A stretch of 64,000 bases of DNA from Ruditapes philippinarum (lineage: Eukaryota). Both the position numbers and the translations under genes were made by a program. The stretch covers positions 1,116,001-1,180,000 of the forward strand of contig NW_026865484.1 of assembly GCF_026571515.1 (NCBI RefSeq), written 5' to 3'. The notes under the pieces were generated by a model. That model was not told the origin of the DNA. It saw only the letters and a program-made list of their open reading frames with translations, and made no database searches. Positions 34,338-46,645 of the stretch are shown in pieces; positions within the stretch are counted from its first letter, which is position 1; every line of letters begins with the position of its first letter.

Positions 34338-35295
34338 TAAACAACTCTGTAGAAATAACTGTACAGTAGAAGTACAGACAGGAATTTCAACGAAAGAAAT
34401 ATCAAAGTATTTGTTTTAGAAAAATGCTACTATTAGATCTACCAAGTGTATTAAATACATTAATACACGTCATAGTTGTGCCAGAAAAAAAAAAAGAAAC
34501 AAAACAAAAATAAAACAAAAAAATGCCTAAACTGGGTTTTGAACTCTAGACCTCTCGCTTTTTTAGCGAGCGTGTAAACCCCTCGACCACGGGAAGTTAT
34601 ATATAAGATATAGTCTGAAGAAAACCACATTATTCTAAATTAAGTGTTTGTAACCCTTATTAATACACTTGTTATAGTAACAAAATTGTCCATGATTTCA
34701 ACTGATTATGAGTGTCACGTGACCTATTATGAGTTTGCGGCCCGGGGCGAGAACTAGTTATCAGCCCGCAGAACTAATACACGTGGCACAAACTGAAATG
34801 ACGTCAGATTTTACGTCATCAAAACAGTTTAACTGTAAAAGTGAAAGTAGATTTTTAGCACGAATCGCTTGATATTATTATGAGAGCTTAAGCGAATTTC
34901 GTACAAACACAGTTTTTTAACTATTGAAATTTAAATAAATAGATCTATTACGATAAATTCATTCCGAAAAAAAAAAAGGAAATAATACTTGCTTCTAGAT
35001 TCTAGTATACTTTGTCAAATAAAAAGTAAACAACTCTGTAGAAATAACTGTACAGTAGAAGTACAGACAGGAATTTCAACGAAAGAAATATCAAAGTATT
35101 TGTTTTAGAAAAATGCTACTATTAGATCTACCAAGTGTATTAAATACATTAATACACGTCATAGTTGTGCCAGAAGGTGATAATCGGCCCTGAAATGAAT
35201 AATGCCCTCGGGCTGAAGCCCTCGGGGCCATTATTCATTTTGCGGGCCGATTATCACCTTCCGGCCCTACTCTGCCGTGTATTAATCTCTTATTA
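34338..35295 (+). repeat. Local segmental duplication of 33266-33414 plus ~32731-33533
   Basis: Near-identical text in both places, differing mainly by homopolymer indels. Confidence 0.85.
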
Positions 35296-35879
35296 ATTTC
35301 GCTATATTTTGTTCACGGTAAACCTGTTGTTTAACACTGATGTAAGTAATCATGGAGAATGTATATTTATAAATCTGTTTAGAATTCTTCGACCAATCGG
35401 AAACTATTTTTTCTTCCCGGAGAAAGCTTGAAAATTAATGCGCCTGTCAGATTTGACAATCTTTACGCAGGATCCCCTTTTAAATTTTCGGCGTTAATGT
35501 CACTTTAAAGGGGAAGTTAACCGTTTCAAGGGATTTTTGGAACTACTTTTTCGTTTTTGCAAAGAGCACATCAGGGCTGAAAGTTCGCTAAAACCGTTAT
35601 TATTGTTTTTGGTCTGACGTAACCAAAAAATAAAAAAACCCGTGTGTTCCGTAACACGGAACGCTGCGACCTGTCACTGCTGGTTTAAGACAAATTCACT
35701 ACGTCCTACAATGCAAATTAGGGTTGAAAAAAGCTTCATACTACATAGAGATATGACCTAATTGTGCTACTTAAAAAACAAAACATTTAAGTACCATTTT
35801 GTTTAAAACTTGGTAATCTACGGCTGTGGACACGGATTTTCAATTTCGTCCTTACCCCGGAGCACAATGGTAGATTGAA

Positions 35880-36230
35880 AACGCGATTGCGATGGGAAAT
35901 GCGATGGTACGATGGGGAAAATGCGATGGTACGATGGTGAAAACGCACTGGCACGATAGTGAAAACGCCATGGTACAATGGTGAAAATGCGATGGCACGG
36001 TTGTGAAAACACGATGGTACGATGATGAAAACATGATGGCGCGATGGTACGATGGTGAAAACGCGATGGTACGACGGTGAAAACGCGATGGTACGATGGT
36101 GAAAACGCGATGATACGATGGTGAAAACGCGAAGTAACATCGCGATTTCACCATCGTACTATTGCGCCATCGCGATTTCACCATCGTACCATCGCGTTTT
36201 CATCATCGTACCATCGTGCATCGCGATAAC
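35880..36230. repeat. 22-bp tandem repeat (CGATGGTGAAAACGCGATGGTA)n with an inverted terminal block, inside a MITE-like element (~35640-36273)
   Basis: Forward units run 35890-36132 and reverse-complement units (TTTCACCATCGTACCATCGCG) run 36139-36225. Outer ends are GTGTTCCGT / ACGGAACAC. Confidence 0.85.
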
Positions 36231-37263
36231 AGACTATATAAAAAATCACGACTATCCAAACGGAACACCGTAGTAAACGAACTTACTGTAGCCAAATACA
36301 ATCTCTTCTATTTTTCTATGTCAGTCTGACTAAAGTTCAGATCTTCATATTTCTTACATGTAGCTAAAGTGCGTGTAGCGATTTAGGAACTTGTTTTAAA
36401 CCAGATTGTTTCTATTCCGAACACCCATTTTGGTTGTATAATATGTAATTGAAACTGAACACTTCTATGCCTTACGCTCCTGTTTAAAGAGAATAGATAT
36501 TTACAATATTACTGATAGGGTGTAAGATATATCATATGATGAGATATCGATGTGATATGATATGATTTAATTCAAGTTTTAAACAGTTGTAAAAAGGGTA
36601 TTACCAATTTTAATTGTGTGATTTCTGCTGTTCCTAAAATTTCAATAAAAATATAATTGTTAAATTTGGCAAGGAGTAAAAACATAAGAAGTAAGAAATT
36701 GTCAAGAGGAAACTCTCAAATTAGATTTGAAAGTAGCAAGTCAGCAACTACCACACATAAAAGGGGGCAAACTCGAAAAGAACAATGTATACTGCCAAAT
36801 GATGTTAGGATATGGAATTAATTATATTTACGTTTTTATGACATGTTATGAATGTGTTTCCATAATAACTAAAGGTCTGTTTCAGTAAATAGTAATTGTC
36901 ATATGTATCAATAGATAGTTTATAGAAATCTTTTCAAATATGTTCAAGGAATACATACTACTCTTATGTTGATCATGCTCAACCAGCCATTTTGAATTAC
37001 TTGTATGTTTTTTTTTTTATCTATTTTCTTAATTGATTCCAATCCTTTATTGTATTTGTAGTAAATGCGACATTTTAGTCTGTTAAAGCTATGTAACAAT
37101 TTTGAATTCTGGTATCTTATCATGTATGGCATCAAATATATTTTGTAGTCTTTTAAATTTCTCTGCAAATTTCTACGTATATATAGCGAGTGGTATTAAT
37201 TATGCATTCAAAAGTCGTTAAAATATATATTTAAGTGAGAAAAAAAATAAATCAAAATTAATA

Positions 37264-37476
37264 TGAGCCGCGTCATGAGAAAACCAACATAATGCGTTTG
37301 CGACCAGCATGGATCCAGACCAGTCTGATCAGGATCCATGCTGTTTGCTTCTCTACTTGTAATAGGGTTGGTAAGCGAACAACATGGATCCTGATCAGAC
37401 TGCGCGGATGCGCAGGCTGGTCTGGATCCATGCTGGTCGCAAACGCACTATGTTGGTTTTGTCGTGACGCGGCTCA
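37264..37476. mobile_element. Palindromic (fold-back) MITE
   Basis: TGAGCCGCGTCA.GA.AAAACCAACAT...GGATCCATGCTG arm and its reverse complement; AT-rich flanks; small internal deletion in the left arm. Confidence 0.9.
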
Positions 37477-38924
37477 TATATATAAGTAAAAAAAGAAGAT
37501 CAAAATTAATATGTGCTATAGCTTAGAAAACATTATCAGAGTAAAGCTGATGGTTCCATTTATTAATTAAAGCCGTAACTCTAATAATCGACGTGACCGA
37601 GATTTAAAGGGTATTCTGAAATCATATTTTTGTCTTGAAAAAATCATAATCGCGTAAATACGCCAAAACCGCATGTTCTCTAAAGCTCAAAAAGTCGCGA
37701 ACAGTGCTCTTGCTTCTTTTTTAAAGACGAAAGTATTTTGAGATGATGAGAAAAAGTATTTTGAGATGATGAGAAAAAGTATTTTGAGATTATGAGAAAA
37801 ATCCCGTGGCTACCATACTTTATTACTGCAGTGGCCCAAGCAAACTCACTTTTCCCTGTTGATATTTCTGTGTTTGGAAGTATATGTAACCCACAAAGCT
37901 TGAACTAGTAGAAGTCAGTTTTATGCACATTATTCCAATCCAGAAACTTCCTGGCTTTATACTAGACCTATAAAAGTGTATGGATTTCCAGGAACCAAAA
38001 AAACAACATCTTATCTTCATAAGGTTTTGGGTAAAAGTGCTAAAAGTGTAATTTTAAATTTGCATATTTAATCAATTATCATTCGAGTTGTTGTTAATTG
38101 AAATTTAAATTCCATAACATTGAAAATATGTAAATGCACGTTAGAAACGGATCTGTTTACATAACTTTGTGATTTAAATATCACAAAAACCTGAAAATTT
38201 ACATAGAATTATTTAAAAAAATAATATGATAATTAAGATACTTCCTGAACATTATGGTTTATTCATATTCATACCGCTTATTACATTTTAATATATATTC
38301 TGTGACAAGATTGATTAAAAGCTAAATAAAACAGGTACGAATTTGATATTTTAATATGTTATAAACCCATATGATTTAAACATTTTCACAAATTTTCATA
38401 GATAAATATCAACAAACAACAAAAATATGCCATAAACACCATGGCAACTAACTGAATCGCGGCGCACGTCCAACGTCAAAGACGGCGTTAAATCTATTTA
38501 AGGCGCCTTTCTCAAATACTCTCAATGGCTTTCAACGCAATAATGGTACCCATAAATCGTCAATTTCTGACTTAAATCATGTGGTTGTTAATGTCTGTGA
38601 AATGTTTGGATGGCATACATTAATTTTTGCTATACGCGAACTTCCGGTCTCGTTACTCCTGTTTTTAGCTGTAGGAAATAGGCGACGAAGATCGGTCTTC
38701 CTATCCGTGTTTTCCTTATTTTCGCTTTTTGTAGCGCAAAACTCTGATTCCGTTCATGCCTTTTGTACACAAATGCTCAGAATATGTTGCTAAAATGTTA
38801 TATTTGGTATATTTGTTGAAAATCGTTACATGTGTCATCTCGAAATAGTCATGAAACCCGAGTGACATGTTCATTGCGCCGCAAATTCTTCGAACGTCGC
38901 CATTTTAACTTTCCTATTTTATAT

Positions 38925-40018
38925 CACAGGCGCTAGTCACATAATCAAATATTTTACATAATCGGTCTATATATGTATATAAAGATATAAGGCCCCCAAC
39001 GAAACAAAAACATCATGCGGAACAAACAAGAACAATGCTGAAAGAAACGACCAGATCACGGTTATCTCTTTCTGGTTGCCATCTGAATGGATCAATCCAA
39101 GCGTTAAAGCTTTTTATTTCATTAAAATTCTTCAAATAGCAAAGAAATGAGTAAAAGTTTCAGAAAATGCCAATATTTTCAATCCATGTCGTTTTCGACG
39201 TCCAATCTATTCATGTATACAAACACGATTTCTGGTCGATTTCTACGAAATAAATAGAAAACATCTAAAATTTCCTCATAAAATTAATAAACAAACTCTT
39301 TTTCTATCAATCTGCGAAGTCTAAATTGAAATAGAGCCCTCTTTGTACTCAAATATTAAAAAAATATTGGTTGTAGAAGCGGAGGTCAAGTAAAGTGCGC
39401 CATTTGTAATTTGAAGTGACAGATAAATGAAACAAAGAAATAGTATTATACGATTGGTCAATAGTATTCCGGTAATTATCTTAACCAATCAAATCCTTAT
39501 ATAATATTCAGAGCGGAACAGTATATACATGCGCTATACATGGCGATAAAATACTGTCACAAGCGAGTTCCTTGTGCATTTTTTAATGAAATACGTACGA
39601 AGAGGGCATTTGATCAGTGAAGACTTCGCAGATCGATAGGAAAAGAGTTTGTTTATGGAACGTACGTGGAAATTCTAGCCGTTTTTTGTTTTTTCCGTAA
39701 AAATCGATCAGAAATCGTGTTTGTATACATGAATGGACTGGACGTCGAAAACGACATGAATTGAAAATAATGGCATTTTGCGAAACTTTTCCCAATTTCT
39801 TTGCTATTTGAGGGATTTTAATGAAATAAAAAGCGTTGGCACTTAGATTGATCCTTTCAGATGGCGACCAGAAAGAGATTACCGTGATCTGGTCGTTTAT
39901 TGCAGCAGTGTTCTTGTTTGTTCTGCATGATGTTTTTGTTTCGTTGGGGGCCTTATATCTTTATATACATATATAGACCGATTATGTAAAATATTTCATT
40001 ATGTGACTAGCGCCTGTG
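38925..40018. mobile_element. Foldback DNA transposon with ~410-bp TIRs and 8-bp TSD
   Basis: CACAGGCGCTAGTCACATAAT... / ...ATTATGTGACTAGCGCCTGTG, with inverted identity from 38925-~39340 against ~39600-40018. TTTTATAT flanks both ends (38917-38924, 40019-40026). Confidence 0.9.
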
Positions 40019-40477
40019 TTTTATATGAGATATTTTCATTTATTCGTATCTTTTTTTGTTTTTTAAGTTATTTAACTAAAATTTTCAGAGATGATTTAAA
40101 CATAGCAGCAGAGGAAGTCAACGTGACATTGTGCAGACACATAATCAGATATTTGAAATATACGTAATTAATTTCAGCTGATTCATAACAAAATGTAAAT
40201 TATTTGACGTGCGCCGGCAACTCAAACCAATGTCGTTAATACTGAAAATTTCTAAGTAACTAGGGTAAATTTTTTGTAAATGATTTGTTGTAATGTTAAA
40301 TAATAAACTTAACGGTTATATGTGTGAATTATTTTCTATTGGCGTTAAAAAAGAACCGGCTATAAAATTTGTCACGGACTTTTGGGACAACCCTCGTACA
40401 TGTACATATTTTTCTAATTTCAGTGCATGTATCACATAAATACAGGCTGTAAATACACTCATGCCATGGTGGTGATG

Positions 40478-41763
40478 TTGGTTTTGTTTGTTTGGATTTT
40501 TACGGCACGTCAACACATAACTGGCCATATCGTGCCGAATGCTATAATAGGCTTAAAATATTATGTAAAACATTGTAAATGACAATAAAAATGAGCCAAT
40601 TAGATCCTAGAATACAAGTTTATCTCTTTTAAATAATCAATTATGTTTTTTGATGGAATTGTATTAAAAAGTTCTTTGAGTGAATTTACAGAATAAAATC
40701 TATTACGGGCCTGTGAAAAATCATGACATTCAAGAAGAAAATGCTTGACGGTAAAATTTTCATTACAACCTACACAGAAAGGGGCATTGTCATTTGTGAG
40801 GAGATAAGAGTGGGTAATTTTAGTGTGTCCAATTCGGCATCGAAGAAGAACTGTTTGGTCACGGCGGTTTGACAGAGATAGAAGATGGTGACATATCAAG
40901 AGATGGGTTTATATCGTGAAGTTTATTAAAAACGGCATTGTCCCAATTTGCTTTCCATTCAGATGACACGAGTTTATTTATAGCCGGTCTAAAATCACAA
41001 GCAGGTAACAATAAGTCAGTTTTTTGAAAATTTAATGATTGTTTAGCTAAAGCATCTACTTTTTCATTTCCTCGTATTCCTACATGGCTTGGAATCCAAT
41101 ATAATTTAACATATTTTGTTTTAAGTATATCATGAAATCGCAAAAGAAGTTTCTTTACCATGATATTGTCACATTTTTTATTTTTAATGGATATTAAAAC
41201 AGAAAGCGAGTCAGAAAATATCACAAATTTATCGTGGGTATGCTGTGCTATGTTATGACAATGCTAAATCGATAGCTTTTGCTTCAGCAGTAAAAATTGA
41301 TGCATTATCTGGTAACCTCATACTAGATGTAAAATTATTTTCATACACAGCCGCACCTACTTTGCAACCTTCTTTTGAACCGTCCGTATAAATATGTATA
41401 AAATCTTCATGTTCTTCCTTAATTGCTAGAAACTTTTCTTTGAAATATTCAGGTGAATTTGATGCCTTTTTTATATTTGAAAGGTTAATATTTATTTCCG
41501 GGGAATTATAAGTCCAAGGTGGAACATCCTCATCGTCATTTTGAAGGATACTGTCTGGATTAATTTTAAGTTTATCTAAATCATCTTTTAAACGAAGGCC
41601 TAATGGTTTAATTTCCTTTGGTTTGCTAACAAATTTTTCAGTATAACTTGGTTTGAAAATAACATTTTTAGCTGGATTTTTCCTATTAGATGAAATTCTA
41701 GTTGCATATTGAAGTGATAGTTTTTTACGACGAAGATAAAGCGATGGTTCCCCAGCTTCCGCA
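40478..41763 (-). mobile_element. 5'-truncated I-group (Nimb/Ingi/I-like) LINE, RNase H plus C-terminal CCHC, frameshifted
   Basis: IYTDGSK, RLPDNASIFTAEA.AI, IFSDSLSVL, WIPSHVGIRGNEKVDALAK (RNase H); RCRIGHT, CVGC....TVKHFLLEC. These fall in three different frames. The 3' tail is GTGCCGTAAAAATCCAAACAAAC. Confidence 0.9.
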
Positions 41764-42055
41764 TGTTGGTAGTTTTCACTCCGGATCACGGCAGTAAGCC
41801 ACATTGAATTTACCAGAGCACAGTTAAAACCCGCACTGCTCCTGGGCAAACTGTCAAGCAGTTTACCATACTAGATGCCTTAACTTTCGCAAGAAACTTG
41901 TGATTTCTATACATGCCAGAGATGAGGTACAGTGCGAATGACCGTAGAAAGGATTTCATGATCAATCACAACGAAAGTCACCTGTAACGTCCGGGAAGCA
42001 AAACCCGGGTCTCCCGATTGACAGCCCAACGCTCTACCTATTGAGGTAGCCGGAC
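41764..42055 (-). mobile_element. tRNA-derived SINE, MetaSINE-like
   Basis: tRNA-like head (..CTCAATAGGTAGAGCG..CTGTCAA..CCGGGTTTTGCTTCCCGG), then GATCATGAAATCCTTTCTACGGTCATTC, which resembles the conserved Meta domain as I recall it. Confidence 0.7.
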
Positions 42056-43187
42056 GGTGCTGCACTATGCCGTGTTGTTGTATTATAAGTTTGTTTATAC
42101 TCGGCGCCAGAATAACCATATGTCCGAGAATTATCAGCGTCCATGCCGGTCCACTGTTGTATAGACTAGTCGCATCGAGAACGTCTTTTCATGCAGAATC
42201 GTCCTGGAACCTGTTCTTCTCTCGTTGGTGATTGAAGGAGACGACAATACTATCAAGGCATCAGCTTTCTGACGGAATCTTTAACAAAAACGAACCTAAT
42301 TGTTAGCGTTAGTCTTTACTGGTCAACCAATCACCTCTGGTACTTGAGATGACTTGACCTTGACCTGCCGTCCGCTTCTCCGCGACGTGCTTGCCTCTGG
42401 AGGGATTTGGAGAAGTATTATGCCGTGTACTTTATGGTTGAATATATACATGTAGTTTTTATTTCACACCTTATAAAAATTAACTAATGAACTTTAAGCA
42501 TTTAAACCACGAGATGTTTCGACAGAAATAATTACCGGATTCAATCTTATCAATGAAAGTTTCGTTTCCATTTCCAAAGTTAAAAAAATCCATATCAAAA
42601 TGTATATCGATTACCCATATAGCCTCGATCGTTTTCATCTACATAGTCCAAAATATCTACATGTATATCAAATGGATAATGGTACTTCCTAGCCTCATTT
42701 TCAAGTGCAGGGTGAAAAACTTCATATCAATTCCTGATAGCTAGTATTTGAAGGTAAAAAGTTATGTCAAATTGTCAGTAAATGTGAAATAAAGAGGTCA
42801 TTATACATTGTTAAGAACAATACTGATTTATTTGACCCGTACATAGGTGTAAAACCTACATCAGATTCGCCTGGCGCCATGTAGCAGCTGTGTACTCGTC
42901 CATTGTGCCAACAATGTATAATAACCTCACATTCGACAAGGTTTATAATGAAAGGATTATTGTAGTAGTATCTCTATCCTTTATATTTGACTCTCACGGA
43001 TTTTAAGGGAATAGACCCCGAGCCTCATACGATCCTATAACAAATGTTTTATGTAAATGAAATATAAAGAAAACATCAAATATTTTTATTAATGATTTAC
43101 TTCTAAAATGATAATGCACGGAATGAATATCTACACACGACAAGGCTTTGGTATGTTCATATTAAATAACAATATAATTATATAAAA

Positions 43188-43661
43188 TCAGATTTCTTCG
43201 ACCTTTGCCAGGCCATTTTCTACCCTAGTTCCGTAGCGGTAATCTCTTTCAGTAAATCCAATGTATCTGTCATAACTGTTTCCATTTATGTTCAATTCAC
43301 CGTTTTGCATAATTGTACTGTTTGTCCGTTCGTACGGATTTAAGGTAGGTTCCCACACACCATCTACCGGACCTGAGACAGTTGACCGGATAGAAGTGAA
43401 AGAATCATTCATTGTAAAATTTGAATCAAGTCTGCTCAACTGGCTACGTTGGAATCGAACCCGCCCTCCAGACATTACGTCAGAGTGAATTGTTCCAATG
43501 TCAGTCATTTTAGGACGGGCTTTGATTAAATCCGCACCGGTTCGTTTATTAGCGAACGAGACTCTAGGCTGCGTGTTATCGGTGCTCGAACCTTGTGGTG
43601 ACTCAAGCACAACCCGGGGCTTGGTCCGCTGTGACTTTTTCATGCTCGAACCATTGCCCAT
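43188..43661 (-). CDS. Uncharacterised 157-aa protein with an N-myristoylation-like start (MGNGSS)
   Basis: GC-richer open frame from ATG 43661 to TGA 43188. An upstream acceptor TTTTCTCTTTTGCAG at ~43766 is followed by an in-frame stop, consistent with a 5' UTR intron. No recognised domain. Confidence 0.65.
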   Translation of the reverse strand: MGNGSSMKKSQRTKPRVVLESPQGSSTDNTQPRVSFANKRTGADLIKARPKMTDIGTIHSDVMSGGRVRFQRSQLSRLDSNFTMNDSFTSIRSTVSGPVDGVWEPTLNPYERTNSTIMQNGELNINGNSYDRYIGFTERDYRYGTRVENGLAKVEEI

Positions 43662-43995
43662 AGAATTGTAGGTTTTCCATCCATATAACAAGTGATATGT
43701 ACACGACCGTTGCTCTTCACAGGATTGCCACGTTAATAATGAGAGTAACTAAAGAAGTACAATATCTGCAAAAGAGAAAATAATGTGATCAATAAATTTG
43801 CATATATAAAAATTAAAAATACAACAGCACCACCATTTGTATAAAATTAAATCGAGTATACTGATCGAAACTTGTTGGTGAGTTCGGTTTCTTTAAAACT
43901 ATATTATGTGTGACAATTTCGAATGAAGCCATTAAATATCCGTACAAATGGACATGTGAGAGCGATGGAAAGTAGCCGAAAATCCAAACATAATA

Positions 43996-44232
43996 TGAGC
44001 CGCGTCACGACAAAACCAACATAATGGGTTTGCGACCAGCATGGATCCAGACCAGCCTGCGCATCCGCGCAGTCTGATCAGGATCCATGCTGTTCGCTTA
44101 CAAACCCTATAACAAGTAGAGAAACTGATAACGAACATCATGGATCGTGATCAGACTGCGCGGATGCGCAGGCTGGTCTGGATCCATGCTGGTCGCAAAC
44201 GCATTATGTTGGTTTTGTCATGACGCGGCTCA
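43996..44232. mobile_element. Palindromic MITE (full copy)
   Basis: Same family as 37264 and 57533, with ~100-bp inverted arms. Confidence 0.92.
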
Positions 44233-45134
44233 TATAAATAACGCCATTTTCCGTGAGTGAACTATAAATACATAGAAATTAATTGTTACATATTCGTGTA
44301 TATTTTTTATATTAATAATTACGTATATAAAGATAACACGTAAATATTTTTGATGACTCTCCCAAGAAATTGTCAAGAGAATCCATACATCTATAAGAAA
44401 TGTAATCTTAATCAAATTAATCTACATTTTCTTTAAACAAAAACTTAATGAATGTTTCCGTTTGGTATGCCGTGGACTTGTATGAACAAAACGAAATCTA
44501 TCTGCAAAGAAAATCCACTGTACCTACATTAACTTCCTTTTCTTTCTAAAAATACGAAGTTAAAATATCACAACATCTCTTTGTCTAAAATAAGTGACAA
44601 TCCATCGATATTATTTAGGTTTATCAAAGTTACGAAAAGAACTATCTTATTTTATAAAATAGAAATATTATTAAACATAGAAAAGTACACGGGATAGATC
44701 GATTTAACATCAAAGAATCTATTGACATGCCACTAACTTGCTTTCAATCTATTCTATAGACGAGGGATAATATAGATATTCAATATATTCAAAAGATTTA
44801 GTCATGAATACATTGGTGAAATGGTTCCCTAAATAAAATACGTACGGTAGATCTATGTTAATATTTATTTGACTAAATAGATTTACCATCAGTAATGTGT
44901 GCAGGACAGAATCAGATACTTATATTACCATGGCTAATGAAAATTTCAACGATGAGCGTGTGTACAGTTGTATGTGTATAGTCGAAATAAATTCTGCATG
45001 CTTTATAAAAGAATGTGTGTTAAATTGTTTGTTTTATATGATTCTTCTCTATGAACATTTCGGGGCGTAAAACCCTGAAAATTTCAGCTATATAATCAGC
45101 ATTTTTTTTTCTCATATATAAAAGCAGGTCCGAG

Positions 45135-45335
45135 AAAAATAAATAAATAGATAGATAAATAAATAAATAAAAAATAAATAAATACAAAGCAAATAAATAA
45201 ATAAATACATTTGTGAATAAAATATAAGTAAATAAATACATTTGTAAATAAAATATAAATAAATAAATTTATGAATGAATGAATGAATGAACGAACGAAC
45301 GAACGAACGAACGAACGAACGAACGAATAAATAAA
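45135..45335. repeat. Compound microsatellite (AAAT)n-(GAAT)n-(GAAC)n
   Basis: Directly visible. Confidence 0.9.
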
Positions 45336-45391
45336 TGTTTGAATCTATAAAGCATTGACAATAGACATTAACTTTAAATGAAATAGAGGAT

Positions 45392-45543
45392 ATTTGTTTA
45401 GTTTAGTGTAAGATCGGAATATATTTCACCGAGTGAGCACCAAAAGGTATATTTCACGAGTGGCGCAGCCACGAGTGAAATATGAACTTTTGGTGTTCAT
45501 AAGGTGAAATATATTTCAATCTAACACTAAACTAAACAAATTT
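45392..45543. mobile_element. Long terminal hairpin of a Crypton-like non-autonomous element (element probably extends to ~47120)
   Basis: TTTGTTTAGTTTAGTGT.AGAT..TATATTTCAC..TTTCACGAGTGGCGCAGCCACGAGTGAAA..GTGAAATATA..ATCT.ACACTAAACTAAACAAA imperfect palindrome. Confidence 0.6.
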
Positions 45544-45841
45544 TCTTTTTATTACATGCAAAGAAACGTTTTAAAAGGATATTAAACCTAATACTGAACG
45601 AAAAGCGCGCCAAATTATAATACAACGTGACGTCATTTACGACGTCACGTCAATAAGTTGGTACCCAGTACTGTGCACGCAGGTATTTCACTGAAACAAG
45701 GTAAGGGGCTTAAATTCAAAACAGTGAAATTATCAAAGTAGTCCAGTCATTCTAGCTCAAAATACAGCCAAACCTCAGATCGCTTGAAAAACCCTGTTGA
45801 CCTTCAACGTAATAGAACTTTTGAAAATAGGAATATTTTTG

Positions 45842-46645
45842 ACTAAAACATTTTTTGCACTTTGATATGAAATTATTGTTTTACAATGCATATATATTGC
45901 CCATTATGGACTATTGTTGTATTATATGGGGTAAAGGAAACACAAACTACATAAATAATGTTTGTAAGTTACAAAAACGAATTGCTAAAATCATTTTACA
46001 GCAACCACAAAGATCTCCGTCAATAAATCTATTCGAAACTCTTAACTGGTTACCGTTCCTTGACAGATGTAAATACCACACAGCGGTGCTTGTTTTTAAA
46101 ACTTTAAATAACATGGCACCGACTTATATGACAGAACTGATGACTTTATCCGACAACAAAATATATAACTTAAGATCTAGGTCACGAAAAGATATTGTAT
46201 TATGGACAAGACCTAAAACAAATTATATTAAAGACACATTTTCTTATTATGGCATGAACATTTGGAACAATATACCTTTAAATATTCGTAATGTTAATAA
46301 CCTTAAATGTTTTAAAGAAAAATACAAAGCATATCTTGATGTTCATATGAATGAATGAGTGAGTGAATGAATGAATAAATGAATGAACGAACGAACGAAT
46401 GATGCAATATACGTATATGTTTAAACAAATTGTTGAGTGTCTGTCGAAAGTATATGAGTTGTATTATTCTAAAAATTACATATTATACATTCATTTTTCT
46501 ACCTATGCATGTCCTGTTGTTGTTGTTGTTGTTGTTTTCTATTTCAGAAGGCCACATTGGAAATAAGATATATATGATTGTTATTGTATGTTCTTAATGT
46601 GTAACCTTCTTTAAATAAAGATATTATTATTATTATTATTATAAT
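45842..46645 (+). mobile_element. 5'-truncated CR1/L2-like LINE 3' end
   Basis: LFYNAYILPIMDYCCIIWG..LQKRIAKII..LFETLNWLP..VFKTLNNMAP.Y..YNLRS..TFSYYG..IWNNIP..IR..LKCFK; AATAAA plus (TTA)n tail at ~46613-46641. Confidence 0.9.

Noticed and set aside
35787-36184. Three overlapping ORFs
   Set aside because: Translations of the 22-bp tandem repeat.
37292-37489. ORFs MRLRPAWIQTS/LRGCAGWSGS (also 43932-44141 and 57688-57906)
   Set aside because: Derived from the palindromic MITE.
41985-42052. Functional tRNA-Asp gene
   Set aside because: Degenerate box B and stems, followed by a SINE body; it is a SINE head.
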